Positions 60,099 to 64,000 of a stretch of DNA of 64,000 bases are shown here, piece by piece. Below the pieces are notes generated by a model, which worked only from the letters and a program-made list of their open reading frames with translations, did not search any database and had not been told where the DNA came from. Position 1 is the first letter of the stretch, and each line of letters starts with the position of its first letter. The position numbers and the translations under genes were made by a program. Source of the DNA: an uncultured Bacilli bacterium (GTDB lineage: Bacteria; Bacillota_I; Bacilli_A; RF39; UBA660); assembly GCA_934086395.1 (NCBI GenBank), contig CAKOIE010000002.1, forward strand, positions 14,678 to 78,677. Reading direction: 5' to 3'.

Positions 60099-61784
60099 CT
60101 ATGCAACTAATTCATTAAATCCAATTCTACTTGTCTCTTCATTATTAAATACAAATATAATCGAATTATTTAAATATACCTTCTCATTATTCATATTACT
60201 TATATAACCATTACTAATCATCGAATCAACTAAATTCCTAATAATTCTCCCAGCCTTATCATAATTATTAAAACAAATAATTGAATAAGGATTCTCATCT
60301 ATCTTATCATATAAATAATTATTATTAATTAACTTATTAATTCCAAATTCATCATTAAACTCTAAACAATTAATATTAATTAAATTAATTCCTAACTTAT
60401 TAGCAATATAACTAATTATTTTTTCTTTACTCTTACTCTCTCCATTTAAAAACATATACTTATTAAACTTATTATCTCTAATAATATTCATTATATTTTT
60501 AACAATCAATTCATTATATTTTTTCTCAAGTTCACATTTAACCTCATTAAACTTATTATCATCTATATTAATAATATTAACTCTCTCCTTAATTAAATTA
60601 TCTACATCTATCATTTTAATGTTCATATCTTTAGATTTATTAACATAATTATCAAGTATTTTCTTAGAACAAACAGTATCTAACACTTCTATTGATTTAT
60701 CTGGATTATATAAATTAGGCATATATTTATCTGTATTACTAATAATATAATTAACTAAATTTTTACTTATCTTTAATTTATAGTACTCTTCATAACTTTT
60801 CTTAACTTTATTTAATATAAATTCCATATCTTTTAAACTTGGTTCATTAACCATAATAGGAGTAAACCTTCTAAGTAAAGCCTGATCTTTCTTAATATAT
60901 TCATTATATTCACTTATAGTAGTAGCTCCAATAATTTTTATATCCCCATTACATAAATAAGGTTTTAATATATTACCAGCATCTATTGCTCCTTCACTAG
61001 AACCAGTTTTCATAATTGTATGAATTTCATCTATAAATAAAATTATATTTTTATTTTTAATACACTCTTTAATTAAATCATTAACTCTTGCTTCAAACTC
61101 TCCTCTATATTTAGTTCCTGATATTAAAGAACTAACTTGAACTGAAATTATTTTTTTATCCTTTAGTTCTATCGGAACTTCTCCAAACTTTATTCTTCTA
61201 GCAAGTTCTTTAACTAAGGCAGTTTTACCAACTCCCGCATGCCCTATTAACAAAGGATTATTTTTATTTTTCCTTAAGAGTATCTCCATAATATTTGTTA
61301 TTTCCTTATCTCTTAAATATATTTTATCAGTTACCTCATCATTTAAAACAGTACCAAATTCATTTAAAACACCTTGATTATTAAGTTCTAAAGTAAGAGC
61401 ATCTAAATCAATACCCATATTATTTACTATACTATAACCTATTCCATCTTTATAAGATAACAAACTAGATAACAAATAATATTCATCTAATTCTTTATTA
61501 TCTTTATCTGAATTTTCTCTTGCTTTATTAATTACTAACTTTAATAAAGGAGTATATAAAATATACTTAGACTCTTTAGTAGCACTTCCTATAATCTTAA
61601 GTAAATTCTTTTTATAATTATAATAATTTAAATTATATTTATAACAGATCTTACTAATATTTTTATTCTTTAATAAAGATAATAATAAATGTTCAGTTCC
61701 AACATAAGGATGATGACAACTAAGCATTTCTTTTTCTGCAACTTTAAGTATTTTATTTGTTTCACTATTATAACAATTTTTCAT
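60099..61784 (-). CDS. AAA+ ATPase with Clp N-terminal domain (ClpA/B/C-family-like, single AAA module)
   Basis: Clp_N-like repeats at the N-terminus. Walker A 'GHAGVGKTALV' and Walker B 'ILFIDEIH'. Confidence 0.6.
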   Translation of the reverse strand: MKNCYNSETNKILKVAEKEMLSCHHPYVGTEHLLLSLLKNKNISKICYKYNLNYYNYKKNLLKIIGSATKESKYILYTPLLKLVINKARENSDKDNKELDEYYLLSSLLSYKDGIGYSIVNNMGIDLDALTLELNNQGVLNEFGTVLNDEVTDKIYLRDKEITNIMEILLRKNKNNPLLIGHAGVGKTALVKELARRIKFGEVPIELKDKKIISVQVSSLISGTKYRGEFEARVNDLIKECIKNKNIILFIDEIHTIMKTGSSEGAIDAGNILKPYLCNGDIKIIGATTISEYNEYIKKDQALLRRFTPIMVNEPSLKDMEFILNKVKKSYEEYYKLKISKNLVNYIISNTDKYMPNLYNPDKSIEVLDTVCSKKILDNYVNKSKDMNIKMIDVDNLIKERVNIINIDDNKFNEVKCELEKKYNELIVKNIMNIIRDNKFNKYMFLNGESKSKEKIISYIANKLGINLININCLEFNDEFGINKLINNNYLYDKIDENPYSIICFNNYDKAGRIIRNLVDSMISNGYISNMNNEKVYLNNSIIFVFNNEETSRIGFNELVA

Positions 61785-61859
61785 GATTTATCTCCCATAA
61801 TATTCTATGAATATAATGGTTTAAGTATTAAAAAAATATTCAGGTTTCCCTAAATATTT

Positions 61860-62612
61860 TTAATGTATCTCTAATCTTAATTTATCTGCTAAAGTAGCTA
61901 TGAACTCCGAATTAGTTGGTTTTGCTCTATCATAATCAACAGAGTGACCAAATATTTCTTCCATTACTTCATAATCTCCTCTAGTCCAACTTACCTCAAT
62001 TGCATGTCTTATTGCTCTTTCAACTCTTGATGAAGTTGTATCATACATACTAGCAATTTCCGGATATAATTCTTTTGTAATAGCACCTAACATACTAGGT
62101 TTGTTATACATTAAACTAATACTATCTCTAATGTAACTATAGCCTTTAATATGACTAGGCATTCCAAGTGAATGTAATAAATTTGTTATAGCTTGTTGTA
62201 AGTCTTTATTATCAATTCTTATTTTATTTTGATTATTAACAATTCTTTTAATAATATCAGCTAAAGAATCTAAATTATATGGTTTTAACATATAATAACT
62301 TACTCCTACATCCATACACTTATTAATTATATCTACTGAATTTATACATGTAGTAATTATACTTTTAATATTTATATTTTCTTTCTTTAATTCTTCTAAG
62401 ACGCTAAGTCCATCTCTTTTTGGTATAACTAAATCCATTAAAACTAAATCATAACTACCATAATTCTTTTTTAATTCATTTAAAGCATCTTCTCCATTAA
62501 AACAAGATCCTACTATTTCTACACCAACATTCTTACTACTAAAATACTTCTTTACTTCATTGACAACCTCTTTGTTATCATCTACCATAAATACCTGTAT
62601 TTTGGTTTTCAT
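61860..62612 (-). CDS. spo0A: Sporulation master regulator Spo0A
   Basis: Receiver domain plus the diagnostic Spo0A_C region 'SRVERAIRHAIEVSWTRGD...IFGHSVDYDRAKPTNSEFIATLADKLRLE'. Confidence 0.92.
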   Translation of the reverse strand: MKTKIQVFMVDDNKEVVNEVKKYFSSKNVGVEIVGSCFNGEDALNELKKNYGSYDLVLMDLVIPKRDGLSVLEELKKENINIKSIITTCINSVDIINKCMDVGVSYYMLKPYNLDSLADIIKRIVNNQNKIRIDNKDLQQAITNLLHSLGMPSHIKGYSYIRDSISLMYNKPSMLGAITKELYPEIASMYDTTSSRVERAIRHAIEVSWTRGDYEVMEEIFGHSVDYDRAKPTNSEFIATLADKLRLEIH

Positions 62613-62694
62613 TTTCTCTCCTTTTCATCTTTTATTATATAAATACCACATAAATTAATTATACACCTAAATGTGACAAATAAAAAGAAAATAT

Positions 62695-62733
62695 CCTGAC
62701 AACTATTGTCAAGATATGTAAACTTTTGTCGAA
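62695..62733. promoter_or_regulatory. spo0A upstream region with a 0A-box (TGTCGAA, 62727-62733) and the palindrome TGACAA-CTA-TTGTCA (62695-62709)
   Basis: Exact 0A-box heptamer and a 6-bp-arm palindrome within the 120-bp intergenic region upstream of spo0A. Confidence 0.45.
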
Positions 62734-63957
62734 TTATTTAAAATTTACCTCTACATCTTTTTTATCTAAAGGTTCAATTAATATAGCATCAAATCCATAA
62801 TCTTTTAATTCTTTCTTTAACTGAATATTTTTCTTCTTAGTTATAACAAAAACTTTTCCTTTAAAACTATCTACTTTTCTTACTTTATCTAAAAAACTTC
62901 TAGCATCTATTTTATCCATATCTTCATCTATCACAATTGTGTCAAATGCTTCACCATCTCTTATTTTATCTAAACAAGTTTTAGTCATTTCAAATGATTC
63001 TACTATATAATTATTTTTCTTTCCAATTTGCTTAATTACTTTTACATTATCTTTATTTTCACTTATTACACCTATAATTTTTTTATCACTCATATACTTA
63101 TTATATGTATCTAATTTTTCATCTAACGTACTTCCATCACTTTGTACTATCTTTTGATCTAATGTTATATTTACTATTGTTCCATTATTATTAAGTGATT
63201 CCATTGATAATGTTCCACCTATCATATTAATTAATTTGTTTACTATCTTTAAATTTACTATTAAATCATCTTTTCCTTTTATTTCATTTACATTTAATTC
63301 AGAATTATCACTTAATATCTTATTTTGTTTTACTAAATCTATTCCTGATCCCGAATCTTCTATTGAAATTATTAATCTACATATATCATATTTTACTATA
63401 CATGATACTCTTAGCTCTATAAATCCTTCACTAGTATTTTTTATTGAATTATCTATAACACTATTTATAATTTGTTTTACTTTTATAGAATCACCATATA
63501 ACATATCTGGTATTGTATTACTTATATCATATCTAAAATCTATATTATTCTTAATTTTATTTCTATTGTAAGCTACTATTCCATTTAATAAATTTACTAT
63601 ATTATAAGTATTATTTATTACTTTTAATTCTTTAGAATCCATCTCCGAAATATTTATTGTTGCATTTACTCTTTTTTTACTATTATCAACTATTGCATCT
63701 ATTTCTTTTAAACTATTTTTTATTTCGCTAACATCATTCATTTTATTAATATTATTTAATTTAGTTTTTACATTATTTAATACTAAATTCATTTCATCTG
63801 TAACATGATATAAAAATGATGATTTATCTTCATTAGTTTTCTCTGTTATTTCTTTAATCTTTGTTAGCTCTTCTAACATCTTTAAATCAGGATTTTCTAT
63901 TGTAAAATACATTAAAAATAAAATATAAGATTCAATAGGCGTAACAAGTAATAACAT
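62734..63957 (-). CDS. Sensor histidine kinase-like protein with C-terminal receiver-like domain (hybrid HK-like), immediately upstream of spo0A
   Basis: N-terminal transmembrane helices. H-box-like 'SFLYHVTDEMNLV'. HATPase N and G boxes ('IKVKQIINSVIDNSIKNT', 'IEDSGSGID'). C-terminal REC-like 'TIVIDEDMD...KVFVITKKK'. The N-terminus may extend beyond the window edge. Confidence 0.5.
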   Translation of the reverse strand: MLLLVTPIESYILFLMYFTIENPDLKMLEELTKIKEITEKTNEDKSSFLYHVTDEMNLVLNNVKTKLNNINKMNDVSEIKNSLKEIDAIVDNSKKRVNATINISEMDSKELKVINNTYNIVNLLNGIVAYNRNKIKNNIDFRYDISNTIPDMLYGDSIKVKQIINSVIDNSIKNTSEGFIELRVSCIVKYDICRLIISIEDSGSGIDLVKQNKILSDNSELNVNEIKGKDDLIVNLKIVNKLINMIGGTLSMESLNNNGTIVNITLDQKIVQSDGSTLDEKLDTYNKYMSDKKIIGVISENKDNVKVIKQIGKKNNYIVESFEMTKTCLDKIRDGEAFDTIVIDEDMDKIDARSFLDKVRKVDSFKGKVFVITKKKNIQLKKELKDYGFDAILIEPLDKKDVEVNFK

Positions 63958-64000
63958 TGGATTAGAAATTTGCCATATTATAGCTAATGAGCCAAAAATA

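Noticed and set aside
1-64000. CRISPR arrays, transposases, integrases and rRNA genes
   Set aside because: No regularly spaced short repeats were seen. No DDE, serine or tyrosine recombinase motifs were found in any ORF. There are no rRNA-like conserved stretches.

Overview
The window is ~25% GC and looks like chromosome from an endospore-forming Firmicute (Clostridia-like). Genes are densely packed and mostly on the minus strand. Core markers are rpsD, ileS with a T-box leader, miaB, lexA, rluD-lspA, ylmC(ymxH), the sporulation cluster spoIIGA-sigE-sigG, cysS, spo0A, a SleB-like cortex hydrolase, CotF-like coat proteins, and tRNA-Trp, tRNA-Thr and tRNA-Ala. Accessory content includes a Fic / RhuM / unknown operon plus a RhuM-Doc fusion paralog. 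There is also a MacB-like ABC/FtsX transporter, a TetR plus MMPL/YhgE transporter pair, a GH31 glycosidase and an ATP-grasp / racemase / CapA cluster. No CRISPR array, transposase or integrase was seen. Four things stand out:
1. A tandemly duplicated ~335-bp module (promoter, 26-aa hydrophobic peptide, terminator) sits antisense between sigE and sigG. It resembles a type I toxin or small membrane-peptide locus.
2. A decaying tandem array of DUF1016 (YhcG-like PD-(D/E)xK) nuclease genes carries GC-rich hairpins whose stems covary between copies.
3. Three large secreted paralogs have a TasA/camelysin-type (SipW-cognate) N-terminus and a shared C-terminal domain, and their modules are shuffled.
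4. The first of those paralogs has a GC-rich patch of about 260 bp spanning its 3' end and 3' UTR.
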